Shown: positions 21,901-30,958 of the stretch, piece by piece | How positions within the stretch are numbered: the stretch's first letter is position 1 | Layout: each line of letters opens with the position of its first letter | Source: Limnochordia bacterium | GTDB taxonomy: Bacteria; Bacillota; Limnochordia; DTU080 | Assembly: GCA_050951545.1 (NCBI GenBank) | Contig: JBMNJG010000004.1 | Span: 256,001-320,000 of the forward strand | Direction of reading: 5' to 3' | Length of the DNA stretch: 64,000 nucleotides | Notes under the pieces: model-generated | Seen by the model: the letters and a program-made list of their open reading frames with translations, nothing else | Told to the model about the DNA's origin: nothing | The model's database searches: none | Made by a program: the position numbers and the translations under genes

Positions 21901-22169
21901 ACGGAAACATTCTCCATACTGTAGCTCTCCAGCGACTTGAGCCCAGAAACGGTGGCGATGGTTGTCTCAATCGGTGTAGTGATCTCCCCTTCCACTGCTC
22001 CCGGTGCTGCACCCGGATACACTGTGACCACGCCGACGATAGGTAGGCGCAAATTGGGGAGGAGGTCAAGTTCCAGGCGTGTGATAGAGAGGAATCCGAA
22101 AAGAAGAACAACTGCGACGCCCATGGCTACAGCCACTGGGCGTCGAGCAGCAATCTCATTGAGTCTCAT
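18999..22169 (-). CDS. RND (AcrB/SwrC-like) efflux permease
   Basis: 1056 aa; RRPV N-terminus, YPGAAP, G-x-LVDNSIVVLE, RLRPILMT. Confidence 0.93.
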   Translation of the reverse strand: MRLNEIAARRPVAVAMGVAVVLLFGFLSITRLELDLLPNLRLPIVGVVTVYPGAAPGAVEGEITTPIETTIATVSGLKSLESYSMENVSVTVATFAWGVDPTRAMNDITAQLATLTTVLPSDAMKPVVANVDPRMFPVMRIGITGLDDISDLTKVAEEHLMTQIEQLPGVAKASLVAGARPEITVFFDTEALRINNTPPAVLYELLKQQNSLVPAGVLEDDSVRYNVRVGNPLSSVEEIRDLVIGEKKTTGLEAAGFAALIPQMLFLKDVAKVVEGTSPQQAYARVNGEPAVILQVYKQSGAGSVSVSRAVRNALSGLAQDAGHEIQLQVLGDQSEFITDALNNVKDAAIVGAILAVAVLLLFLRSVRSIAVIAIAIPLSIVVALIMMYASDLTLNLLSIGGLALGIGTLVDNSIVVLESIIRHRQQGLSALEAAKTGTSKVALAISASTLTTVVVFLPLAYLQSTAGRWFRDMAFTVTFALLASMAVAVTVVPAAAAGFLRRPLRHSASDDHGAGETSFGWIERLQERYLRLLTRVLRRPAWLWAFALVLIVTGLSAPRHMPLELLPSVDGGAINATLTMPAGTPTRMTNNVAEQIETTVSEIEDVAFVWSQVGQDSDDVVQLLYGAGQHVAKLQMLLQPKSKRKQSIRATADEIRRAVEEIDLLGGHLSLSTERLTDSLGEAFSPGATIQVSGKELGVLEELAAQVAGAMRQVGGFTEITTSVDQRQPELLFTVDRTKALLGSMTTGVVGLTLRGALSGLEATRIQRNGESIPVVLRAQPHDIDGIDSLLKLSIQGVPSAGQGSLPSVRFGRVVTTEQASGPVTIQHIGRVRTIAINARLDGIDLGEAKRKALSIIDQLEIPPQTSARLAGVHDTIQEAVDELSWVLVLAILLVYMVMAAQFDSLLYPLIIMTTVPLGIGGGFVCLWITGQSIGVSALMGLIVLTGVVVGNGIMMVDAANQARRNGAGVDEAISLAARERLRPILMTSLTTILGLLPLALGRGEGTELQRPLAIAYMGGMFFSTGLTLFLVPSAYRLLTRRQPVTTDSDASLPA

Positions 22170-22200
22170 GCCCGTGCAAGTTCCTCTCGTCTAGGAATAT

Positions 22201-22950
22201 CTAGCGGTAGACCGTAATCGCTCCGAAAGGCATTTTCTTCAGTTGTGCCTCCGCCAGATTCTGGTTAACTTTGATATCGCGTAAGACAATCGTAAAAAGC
22301 GGTTGCCCCTGTACATCGAAAACGTGCATCCGGGCGACCATCCACGTTGCTTGGTCGATCCAGAAATGGAAGCAAGGGGACTCGGGGTCCCTCTTAGCCT
22401 TTGCCGAAATACCAACGAGTTTCTGCTTACCTGAGGTCTCCGTGGCAAAAACAGTGAGATCGTAATCCTCAGGCGAGGGGAGACTGAACAGCTGCTCGAC
22501 CGTGGTGGGGACAAATCTCTCGGACAGGGCTTGATCAATAGAGGAGACGATCACCTGCTCCGTAATAGGTGAGTACTGCATGACCTGATTCGTCTTGCGG
22601 TCAAGAACATAAAGCGTACCCGCAAACGTTTCGGGTTTCACAAAGCTGAGGCGAAGCAGGTTCGGCAGCGTGGCTTGAACCGTCGTTTGAGCCTGAACGG
22701 CCGAGCCATCACCGCCAAACTGCTCGAGATCGACAATGCCAGCGATGTCTTTGACATCAGCAAAGCGGGCCTCAACGTTGTGCAACACGGTAGCAATGCT
22801 TGGGGCATCCTGTGGGGAGGCAGTCTTGCTTTTGGCCGGGGCACGTGTTGCGGCATGCACAGATGGACCACTACCGACAATGAGGATGCAGGTGAGGAGA
22901 AATACGGAACAAGCGAACCGAGTTCGCACATTGTTTAGGCAGAGCACCAT
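22201..22950 (-). CDS. LolA-like lipoprotein-carrier fold exported protein
   Basis: Signal peptide; PNLLRLSFVKPE, FWIDQATWMVARM, IKVNQNL..F pattern typical of the LolA fold. Confidence 0.6.
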   Translation of the reverse strand: MVLCLNNVRTRFACSVFLLTCILIVGSGPSVHAATRAPAKSKTASPQDAPSIATVLHNVEARFADVKDIAGIVDLEQFGGDGSAVQAQTTVQATLPNLLRLSFVKPETFAGTLYVLDRKTNQVMQYSPITEQVIVSSIDQALSERFVPTTVEQLFSLPSPEDYDLTVFATETSGKQKLVGISAKAKRDPESPCFHFWIDQATWMVARMHVFDVQGQPLFTIVLRDIKVNQNLAEAQLKKMPFGAITVYR

Positions 22951-23144
22951 AGGTGGTTCAAGCCTCCTAGAGTATCGGGCTTTATTCGTGAATCTCTGTT
23001 CGCTGATACTATGGGTTATTCCTGCAGCCCACGTTACGCAGAATGGCCAGTGGCCGTTTGTCTTGCCTAGCGTGGGGGAAAAGGAACCCGGATGAGATCG
23101 CCGAAGGAATGAGGAGTAAGCCTACAGCCAGAATAGGGGGAGAT

Positions 23145-23972
23145 ATGTTGCGGCGTATTTTTGAGGTGTTCACCAACTCGTACGGACGGTTCGGAGCCCG
23201 GGAAACCTTACTGGGAGCCGCCAGACTGGGATTGGAGCACATGGAGCTTGGGTTGTGGTCAGTTCCTGCCGCAGATGTGGAGCCTCTGCCAGGAGGGCAT
23301 CCTCTCAGCATGATTGGGGAACGCACTACGCCCGAACAGGTAGCAGAGTTCAAGAACCTGGCCAGAGAACAAGGTGTTCGCATTATCTCAGCTTTTGGTC
23401 ATGGTGATCTTCGTACTGACCAAGGGGTTGAGATCCTCAAGCAGCAAATGGACATCGCAGAGGAATTGGGAGTCCGTTTTTACACAGTCTCCGCGCCGGA
23501 GCGCTCCCGCACGGTTTACGATAACCTTCTCGCGTTGGCAGAGTATGCGCTGGCTCGTGGTTTGATCATCTGCCTTGAAACACACCCGCCCCTTATTCCG
23601 GGTGCGGCAGGTGGCCTACAGACCATGCGCGATCTACAGCATAGTAATATCCGGATCAATTTCGACACCGCCAACCTGTATTACTACAACGAGGATATCG
23701 ATCTCGTGGCTGAGCTTGAAGGCTTGGCTGAATACGTGGTGCACACCCATCTAAAGGATAGTCAGCGGAGGTATCAAGATTGGTGCTTCCCGGCTCTGGG
23801 CGAAGGCACTATTGACTTTCCCAGCCTCTTTCGAGTGTTTGATCAAGTGGGCTTCTATGGTCCCTTTAGCTTGGAGTTAGAGGGGATCCAAGGGGAAGAA
23901 CGGACCTATGCTCTGCATCACGGCAGGGTAGAACGCTCTCTCGAGTACCTGCGCAGAATAGGCGTGTACTAG
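23145..23972 (+). CDS. Sugar phosphate isomerase/epimerase (xylose isomerase-like TIM barrel)
   Basis: LETH, NFDTAN, HLKD, LGEGTIDF, SLELE; start taken at ATG after GGGGAG (ORF open from 23043). Confidence 0.85.
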   Translation: MLRRIFEVFTNSYGRFGARETLLGAARLGLEHMELGLWSVPAADVEPLPGGHPLSMIGERTTPEQVAEFKNLAREQGVRIISAFGHGDLRTDQGVEILKQQMDIAEELGVRFYTVSAPERSRTVYDNLLALAEYALARGLIICLETHPPLIPGAAGGLQTMRDLQHSNIRINFDTANLYYYNEDIDLVAELEGLAEYVVHTHLKDSQRRYQDWCFPALGEGTIDFPSLFRVFDQVGFYGPFSLELEGIQGEERTYALHHGRVERSLEYLRRIGVY

Positions 23973-24002
23973 GTCGCTGTAATCATTGCAGGGGAGTACG
24001 CG

Positions 24003-24049
24003 TGTTGGCGGCCAACCACATCGCTGACGAAAATCGCAGGCCGCCAACA
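24003..24049. terminator. Hairpin between convergent genes
   Basis: TGTTGGCGGCC...GGCCGCCAACA. Confidence 0.55.
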
Positions 24050-24068
24050 TGCCCGCACAAGTGTAACA

Positions 24069-27000
24069 TCATTTTATTGGAAGGGGTTTGATGCGGGTGG
24101 CAATCACGCTGACTCCTTCCCCTCGTCGTGAGGTGCGTCCCCACACCATCAACGCTGGAGCCGTAAAGATATCGCGTGCATATCGCTTATAGACATTCTC
24201 GAATATGGTGATATCGCAAAGGCCAGATTCGTCCTCCAGACTGAGAAAGACTACGGTACGACCACTTCTGGTAGGAGGCCGATGTGGCCGAATCACGATG
24301 CCCGCTACGCCAACTGCACCTTCCACGCCGCCGCAACTCACTTCACCACAGGTTTTCATGCCGCGTCGTACCAGCTGTGGGCGAAGGAACTGCATGAGAT
24401 GCTTCTCGGGGGAAAACCCAAGCAGGATGATCTCGTGCATTACTTTATCGAAGACAGGGTAATCGGCTAGTTCGTGATGGGGGTTGGGACGATCCAATTC
24501 CAGGGGCAATGCTAGCTGTGCTCCTTGACCACACATGGCTAGTGTCTCCCGAAGCTGCCAAAGCAATTGCCGCCGGTTCGAATGCAACGTATCAAAAGCC
24601 CCCGCTTGAATTAGGTTTTTCACTACGTCACGAGGGAGGCGTACACGCTGACAAAAATCCCAAAAAGACTGATAGGGGCTTTGAGTCCTAGAAGAGAGCA
24701 CAGACTGGGCCATCGCAAGTGATAGGCCCTTGACTTGTGTTAAAGAGACTCTGATTGCGCCATTTTCCACGGTAAAGCGAAGGTCGCTTTTGTTCACGTC
24801 TAGAGGCAGGATACGTACACCCCGGCGTTTAGCTTCCGTAATGATCGTGGCCGGGGGGTAAAAACCCATCGGCTGATGGCTGAGAATAGCGGCGAAGAAC
24901 TCCGCGGGGTAGTGCGTCACCAGATAGGCTGTCTTATAGGCCGTATCAGAAAACGCCGCTGCGTGTGCCTCACAGAATCCATAGCCTGCATATCCCACGA
25001 TGTAGGAGAACAGGGTTTCAGCAACATCTTGTGTGACACCACGCTTCATTGCCTTGGCAATGAATTCCTGACCGATGCGATCCATGTCTTTTTGCGAACG
25101 AAAATGGGTCATCACTTTGCGAAGCCGATCGGCTTCGCCCGGACTGAAGCCAGCAATCGTGACGGCGATCTCGATCACTTGCTCTTGAAAAAGCACAACA
25201 CCATAGGTCTTGGCGAGAATGGGTTCTAGGTCTGGGTGAATGTAGCTGACTGGTAGCAGACCATTTCTGTGGGCGATAAATGGTTCGACCATGTTGCCCT
25301 GTATGGGGCCAGGACGAATGAGAGCGATGCTGGCTACAATGTCTTCGATGTTCTCTGCGCCCAATCGCGTCTGCAATGCCCTTTGTGCAGGGCTCTCTAG
25401 CTGAAAGACGCCTATGCTGTTTCCTTGATTGAGTGCTGCATAGGTAGGAGCGTCATCCAGTGGAATCGCGGTGTATTCCATGGGAGGTTCCCCTAAAGCC
25501 TCCTGAGTAGAATGGATATCGCCGATGGCAGTCTGAACGGCTGACAACGTGCGCAAGGATAGCAAATCCAGCTTCATTAGGCCTAGATCCGCTATGTCGT
25601 CTTTGTCGAACTGAATAATGCTCATGCCCTTCGCAGCCATCTGCAACGGGCTAACCTCCATGAGGGGCCGGTTACTGATCACCAAGCCGCCCAGATGGGT
25701 ACCGATGTGGCGCGGAAACCCGGCTACTTGTTCAACGAGGTCGATGAGTTCTTCATAGCGCGCAAAAGGCAGGCCGCTTTTTTGGAGTTCGGGATAGGCA
25801 GCGATCGCTTTGCGTATGCCGTCAGCAGGGACATGCGGAAACGATTTGGCCAGTTTATCTACTTCCTGAAGGGGGAAGCCCATGGCTTTGCCGAAATCGC
25901 GTAGAGCAGAGCGGGCATGATATGTGTGGTAGGTACATACGGAAGCGACGTGTTCTTCACCGTAAGTGGCATAGACGTAACGGGCTATGTCATCGCGATA
26001 GCGAGCATCAAAATCGATATCAATGTCTGGCTGCTGGGCTCGCTCTAAGCTGAGAAAGCGTTCGAAAAGCAGCCCTCTACTGATGGCATCGACATTCGTG
26101 ATATAGAGGCAATAGACGACAGCCGAGTCTGCGGCAGAGCCGCGACCAGTATGACGGATGCCCTGTTCGCGAGCAAAGCGGACGATATCCCAGGCCACAA
26201 GGAAATAGTCCGCAACCCCAAGGGCATCAATGATACGCAACTCGTGTTCTAGTCTCTCACGTATGGTTTTCGTGATAGACCCATATCGCTCTTGCGCTCC
26301 TTGAAAGGTCAGCTGCTGCAGAAACTGAATAGCGCTGTTACCATCAGGCGTGGTGAAGGCAGGGAATAAACGCTCATTCAAAGGTACAGCTACGTCACAT
26401 AGGTCAGCTATCTCAAGTGTGCCGTGCAGTGCTTGCGGCAGGTCGTGAAAACGAGTCGCCATCTCTTCCGATGTAAGTAAATAGTTCTCTGCATTGAGAC
26501 GCCTTGCGGGATGGATACTCTGGAGACGGGTCAGAGTGCGCACGCACGTCAAGACATCGTGTACAGGAAACTGCTCTTTGTAGGCATAATGCGCATTGGC
26601 GGTAGCCGCCATGGGCAGACTGAGATACTCTGCCAGATCGCGTAAGTGACGGTTAAGCGTGCGCGTGCGGGGGAGAAGATTCTCTTGAACCTCGATGTAG
26701 AAGCGTCTAGGGAAGGCGGCAGCATAAGCAGAGGCAGCTGCTAAAGCTTGCTGATTTTGGCCTTGCAGTATAAGAGTGGCGACTTCGCCATGACGGCACC
26801 CAGATAGGGCGATGAGACCTTCACTATGCTCAGCGAGAAGATCCCGGGAAACCTGAGGTAGGCCGCGCGGCGCCTCGAGGTGGGCCCGTGTTACCAACCA
26901 GCAGAGATTGGTGTAGCCTGTACGATTTTGGCATAGAAGGGTGAGGTGACAGCCATTGTCGAGGGTGACTTCACATCCTTGAATGGCTTTTATGCCCATC

Positions 27001-27176
27001 GCCGTAGCCAGTTTGTGAAAGCGCACAGCAGCGGACAGATTGTTGTGATCGGTAATTGCCAGCGCTCGGCATCCTATTTTTGCAGCGCGGGTAAGCAATG
27101 AGTCCAGTGATGCTGCGCCGTCAAGGAACGAGAATGGTGAATGGACATGTAGATGAGCACACATAGAGGATGCCAT
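24069..27176 (-). CDS. dnaE2: Error-prone DNA polymerase III alpha subunit (DnaE2 type)
   Basis: PHP domain HLHVHS/AITDH, GRGSAADS, PDIDIDFD, GFPRHIGTHLGG, C-terminal RPPTRSG..FLSLEDE; coupled to a DUF6504-like gene with an SOS box; ATG at 27176. Confidence 0.88.
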   Translation of the reverse strand: MASSMCAHLHVHSPFSFLDGAASLDSLLTRAAKIGCRALAITDHNNLSAAVRFHKLATAMGIKAIQGCEVTLDNGCHLTLLCQNRTGYTNLCWLVTRAHLEAPRGLPQVSRDLLAEHSEGLIALSGCRHGEVATLILQGQNQQALAAASAYAAAFPRRFYIEVQENLLPRTRTLNRHLRDLAEYLSLPMAATANAHYAYKEQFPVHDVLTCVRTLTRLQSIHPARRLNAENYLLTSEEMATRFHDLPQALHGTLEIADLCDVAVPLNERLFPAFTTPDGNSAIQFLQQLTFQGAQERYGSITKTIRERLEHELRIIDALGVADYFLVAWDIVRFAREQGIRHTGRGSAADSAVVYCLYITNVDAISRGLLFERFLSLERAQQPDIDIDFDARYRDDIARYVYATYGEEHVASVCTYHTYHARSALRDFGKAMGFPLQEVDKLAKSFPHVPADGIRKAIAAYPELQKSGLPFARYEELIDLVEQVAGFPRHIGTHLGGLVISNRPLMEVSPLQMAAKGMSIIQFDKDDIADLGLMKLDLLSLRTLSAVQTAIGDIHSTQEALGEPPMEYTAIPLDDAPTYAALNQGNSIGVFQLESPAQRALQTRLGAENIEDIVASIALIRPGPIQGNMVEPFIAHRNGLLPVSYIHPDLEPILAKTYGVVLFQEQVIEIAVTIAGFSPGEADRLRKVMTHFRSQKDMDRIGQEFIAKAMKRGVTQDVAETLFSYIVGYAGYGFCEAHAAAFSDTAYKTAYLVTHYPAEFFAAILSHQPMGFYPPATIITEAKRRGVRILPLDVNKSDLRFTVENGAIRVSLTQVKGLSLAMAQSVLSSRTQSPYQSFWDFCQRVRLPRDVVKNLIQAGAFDTLHSNRRQLLWQLRETLAMCGQGAQLALPLELDRPNPHHELADYPVFDKVMHEIILLGFSPEKHLMQFLRPQLVRRGMKTCGEVSCGGVEGAVGVAGIVIRPHRPPTRSGRTVVFLSLEDESGLCDITIFENVYKRYARDIFTAPALMVWGRTSRRGEGVSVIATRIKPLPIK

Positions 27177-27177
27177 T

Positions 27178-27426
27178 TCAATCCAGAACTCTGTAGAGAT
27201 ACCAGGATTTGGCTTGGAGGTCAAAATAGAGCTCGAAGGTACCACCATCGCTGGTCTGCAACAGGTAGAATGCTTTCTCGCCTTCGCCTTCCCACCAGCA
27301 ACCAGTATCTCGCCATGTTTCGTGTATCTGTATGATATCGCGCCAGTTAGCATGCCAGAAAAAGCGCAAGGGCAAACCATGACGGTCGGAAGCTATAGTG
27401 ATGGGTTGATCGATAAGCCTGCTCAA
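27178..27426 (-). CDS. Small DUF6504-like protein (resembles ImuB C-terminal-associated domain)
   Basis: P-x-RFFW...ETWRDTGCWWEG...FELY...WYLYRVLD; TTG start at 27426 after GAGGTG; the longer ORF-track start runs into the repeat array. Confidence 0.75.
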   Translation of the reverse strand: MSRLIDQPITIASDRHGLPLRFFWHANWRDIIQIHETWRDTGCWWEGEGEKAFYLLQTSDGGTFELYFDLQAKSWYLYRVLD

Positions 27427-27446
27427 CAGTGCGACACCTCGGTATA

Positions 27447-27460
27447 CGAACAGGTGTTTG
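27447..27460. promoter_or_regulatory. LexA (SOS/Cheo) box upstream of DUF6504-dnaE2
   Basis: CGAACAGGTGTTTG versus consensus CGAAC-N4-GTTCG; just downstream of the -10 element. Confidence 0.8.
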
Positions 27461-27468
27461 GTAGCTCT

Positions 27469-27497
27469 ATCATACAACAGGTGGTGCTGGGCGTCAA
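27469..27497 (-). promoter_or_regulatory. Sigma-A promoter for DUF6504-dnaE2
   Basis: TTGACG-17 bp-TATGAT on the minus strand. Confidence 0.7.
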
Positions 27498-27574
27498 GCA
27501 ACCTGGCCCAATGGGGGCCACGCAAAAAACTGCGGTAATCTCCCTGCGTTCGCTTGGGTTGGTGGTAAGAACCT

Positions 27575-29389
27575 AGCGATGCGGCCCTCGCGAAGCCCTT
27601 TTTGCTCATTTTGACCGCCCGAAGGGCTCATTTCCCCGCCCAAAAGCACGCTTTCCCGCCCTGGCGGCCCCTTGGGGGCTGCCGCGCAGCACATAACCCG
27701 ACGGTGGTGATACCTTTTTCCCACTCAGACGATTGGGTCAGCTCCCCAGTGCGCGATCACAGCGGACTCGCTCGGATCCCTCTGCGGACCAACCCTTCGG
27801 TGTTGCCCCGGTCGGTGTATTTCGAAAAAGGTGGGCAGACGCCATGCACCATGCACACGCTCGCGAGACTGGCTCGGTAGTCGGACAGATGCACCCGGAC
27901 TGGTACGTGAGTCGGGGCCAAGAATCCGACCGCCATGGCAAAAGAGCCGCCTCATTAGCCCCCGGGCCCAATGTATGTGGTAAAAGTGCAGCGATGCGGC
28001 CTTCGCGAAGCCCTTTTTGCTCATTTTGACCGCCCGAAGGGCTCATTTCCCCGCCCGAAGGGCTCATTTCCCCGCCCAAGAGCACGCTTTCCCGCCCTGG
28101 CGGCCCCTTGGGGGCTACCGCGCAGCACATAACCCGACGGTGGTGATACCTTTTTCCCACTCAGACGATTGGGTCAGCTCCCCAGTGCGCGATCACAGCG
28201 GACTCACTCGGATCCCTCTGCGGACCAACCCTTCGGTGTTGCCCCGGTCGGTGCATTTCGAAAAAGGTGGACAGATGCAATGGACGCGCTCGCGAAACAG
28301 GCCCTGCAGTCAGACACCAACCGAATTGGTACGTGAGTCGGGGCCAAGAATCCGACCGCCATGGCAAAAGAGCCGCCTCATTAGCCCCCGGGCCCAATGT
28401 ATGTGGTAAAAGTGCAGCGATGCGGCCTTCGCGAAGCCCTTTTTGCTGATTTTGATTGCCTGAAGGGCTCATTTCCCCGCCCAAGAGCGCGCTTTCCCGC
28501 CTTGGTGGCCCTTCTGGGGGCTACCGCGCAGCACATAACCCGACGCCGTGGTGATCGCCTTTTGCCCACTCAGACGATTGGGTCAGCTCTCCAGTGCGCG
28601 ATCACAGCGGGCTCGCTCGGATCCCTCTGCGGACCAATCCTTCGGTGTTGCCCCAGTCGGTGTATCTCGAAAAAGGTGGACAGATGCAATGGACGCGCTC
28701 GCGAGACTGGCTCGGTAGTCGGACACCAGCCGGATTGGTACGTGAGTCGGGGCCAAGAATCCGACCGCCATGGCAAAAGAGCCGCCTCATTAGCCCCCGG
28801 GGCCAATGTACGTGGTAAAAGTGCAGCGATGCGGCCTTCGCGAAGCCCTTTTTGCTCATTTTGACCGCCCGAAGGGCTCATTTCCCCGCCCAAGAGCGCG
28901 CTTTCCCGCCTTGGTGGCCCTTCTGGAGCTACTGGGCAGTACATAACCCGACGGTGGTGATACCTTTTTCCCACTCGGACGATTGGGTCAGCTCTCCAGT
29001 GCGCGATCACAGCGGGCTCGCTCGGATCCCTCTGCGGACCGACCCTCTCGGTGTTGCCCCGGTCGGTGTATTTCGAAAAAGGTGGACGGACACCATGCAC
29101 ACGCTCGCGAGACTGGCTCGGTAGTCGGACAGATGCACCCGGATTGGTACGTGAGTCGGGGCCAAGAATCCGACCGCCATGGCAAAAGAGCCGCCTCATT
29201 AGCCCCCGGGCCCAATGTACGTGGTATAAGTGCAGCGATGCGGCCTTCGCGAAGCCCTTTTTGCTCATTTTGACCGCCCGAAGGGCGCATTTCCCCGCCT
29301 AAGAGCACGCTTTCCCGCCCTGGTGGCCCTTCTGGAGCTACTGGGCAGTACATAACCCGACGCAATGTCGATCGCCTTTTCCCACTCAG
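27575..29389. repeat. Tandem array of ~4.4 copies of a ~410-bp unit
   Basis: Units begin AGCGATGCGGCC at 27575, 27990, 28416, 28825, 29234 (lengths 415, 426, 409, 409, partial ~155); near-identical, with indels that do not preserve frame. Confidence 0.97.
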
Positions 29390-29518
29390 CCGATGATCCG
29401 AGGGCGAAATGCTGTCGACTCCCGGTGGCCACCGGGTCTTAGCCGGCAATGCGCGCGTTTTCAGCGAAAGCTGTGGAAGGATTCTGGCCTCACGTACCGA
29501 ACATCGCATCGAGACAAT

Positions 29519-29532
29519 CGAACACATGATCG
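29519..29532. promoter_or_regulatory. Possible LexA box upstream of the HTH-nuclease gene
   Basis: CGAACACATGATCG, one mismatch to CGAAC-N4-GTTCG, just before the RBS. Confidence 0.5.
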
Positions 29533-29541
29533 TTATGTGAG

Positions 29542-30612
29542 GTGAGGCCCTTGTACTCTCTCTATGTAGATGAGGTGAACGTGCCGCTCTCACTGCTACT
29601 GACTCGCGAGTTAAAGGCAAGCGAGAAGATCGTTTGGATGGCCTTAACGATGGATGATCAGCTGGAGGAAAGTTTCCTTTTCTCGCCCAGCCGCCTGGGG
29701 CGGCGCACGGGTATGTCCCGGCCTACCGTTCGCAGGGCGACGGCCAAGTTAACCACCGAGGGCTGGTTTGCTCCACCGGCTAGGCGGGGACCTAGCCAGG
29801 CCCCAGCACAGAAGCCATCCCCGGACAGGGTCTCCGTGCCTGTCGAGCTAGTCATGGCTACTGAAATCCATGCACAGGCCAAATTGGTTTATGCCCTACT
29901 GCTGTCCAAACCTACGGACCCACCTCGCAAAAGGCAGTTCACATACGCTGAGTTAGCCGGCCGGATGAGTCTGAGCCCCCAGACGGTCAAACACGCGGCT
30001 CGTCAGTTGGCCAAGCATGGTTGGCTGGAGATGGAGCAGGCGCACAAGCGGGCACCGATTCGCTTCTCTCTCCACAACCCGGTTGATAAGCGAAATGTAA
30101 AAGAAATACTAGACGTGCAGGATGAGCTCCACCGCGCTACGCACCTCGGAGAGGCTCTCATGCAGGCTATCTTCTTGGCGCTTGTCGATTGCCTTGACTT
30201 CGACGACGGAATGCGCCCAGGTTTCATGAGGAACCCAGCAACTGGCAAGCGTCTGGAGGTCGATCTCTTCTACTACTTGCACAATACGGCCATGGAGTTC
30301 AATGGGGCGCAACACTACCGCGTCACGGAGCGGAATTCGGCTGAGCAGGTCCATAAGCAGCAATGCCGTGACCAGACCAAACAGCAGATCTGCGCTAAGA
30401 AGAAGATCAAGCTGATCGTGATTCAGGCTCACGAGCTGTCCTGCAAGATCATCAAGCGCAAGATTCGCAGGCGGCTGCCATTCCGGCGCGGTCAGGACTT
30501 CAACCGGAGGCTCATCAACTATCTCGAGTGTAGATGCGGTGAGTACCAGCAAAGAATAGATGAACGTGGCTGGGGAACCGCCAGCCAATCTGAGAGAAAG
30601 CAAGACGAGTAG
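29542..30612 (+). CDS. Tandem winged-HTH protein with C-terminal Vsr/DUF559-like (PD-(D/E)XK) endonuclease domain
   Basis: Two similar HTH blocks (VP..L..AK.V..L...S...L....GMSRPTV / AELAGRMSLSPQTV); C-terminal GE..M, LEVDLF...AMEFNGAQHY...RDQTK..IC...IKLIVI; true start may be TTG 29551. Confidence 0.65.
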   Translation: MRPLYSLYVDEVNVPLSLLLTRELKASEKIVWMALTMDDQLEESFLFSPSRLGRRTGMSRPTVRRATAKLTTEGWFAPPARRGPSQAPAQKPSPDRVSVPVELVMATEIHAQAKLVYALLLSKPTDPPRKRQFTYAELAGRMSLSPQTVKHAARQLAKHGWLEMEQAHKRAPIRFSLHNPVDKRNVKEILDVQDELHRATHLGEALMQAIFLALVDCLDFDDGMRPGFMRNPATGKRLEVDLFYYLHNTAMEFNGAQHYRVTERNSAEQVHKQQCRDQTKQQICAKKKIKLIVIQAHELSCKIIKRKIRRRLPFRRGQDFNRRLINYLECRCGEYQQRIDERGWGTASQSERKQDE

Positions 30613-30958
30613 TCACCTTGGGTCACCTTGTCCGTTTCGTCAGGGCTCGCATCAGCCGTGCAGCCAATGCTAGTGCGCGTCCACCTGCTGCCGCTGGGGG
30701 GCCAGGCAAACACGCCCTACACACTGGTGTTTGGGTGTATCAGACGGCACCGTGACATGACCAGCAGTTGACCGCCATTTCACGTGTGCACCCACACAAT
30801 GAGATCTTTGGTCATCGAGAGGAATATGCGATGCGGTGGCCAAACACCGTTGGAAAGGCCATGACGCCATAGGATAGGAATCTTTGCTCCTCTGACTGAG
30901 GGTCAATTCGCTTCCCGCGAGGTACTCTATGGTCTGGTAGATACAACAGAGGGAGACG

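Noticed and set aside
27177-27609. ORF-track N-terminal extensions of dnaE2 (to 27380) and the DUF6504-like gene (to 27609)
   Set aside because: They overlap the real upstream gene, promoter and repeat. RBS, promoter and domain boundaries support starts at 27176 and 27426.
27575-29389. CRISPR array
   Set aside because: Units are ~410 bp and similar along their whole length. There are no short repeats with unique spacers and no cas genes.
27494-29620. Repeated ORFs inside the array (MSKKGFAK..., MGKRYHHR..., MLILTARR...)
   Set aside because: They occur in many frames on both strands and are broken differently in each unit by frame-shifting indels, so they are probably by-products of the DNA repeat.
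24069-30612. Diversity-generating retroelement or retron
   Set aside because: There is no reverse transcriptase in the window, and repeat differences are not adenine-specific.
30613-30958. Possible right end or terminal repeat of a mobile element
   Set aside because: I could not find a terminal inverted repeat or target-site duplication matching the left side of the array by eye.
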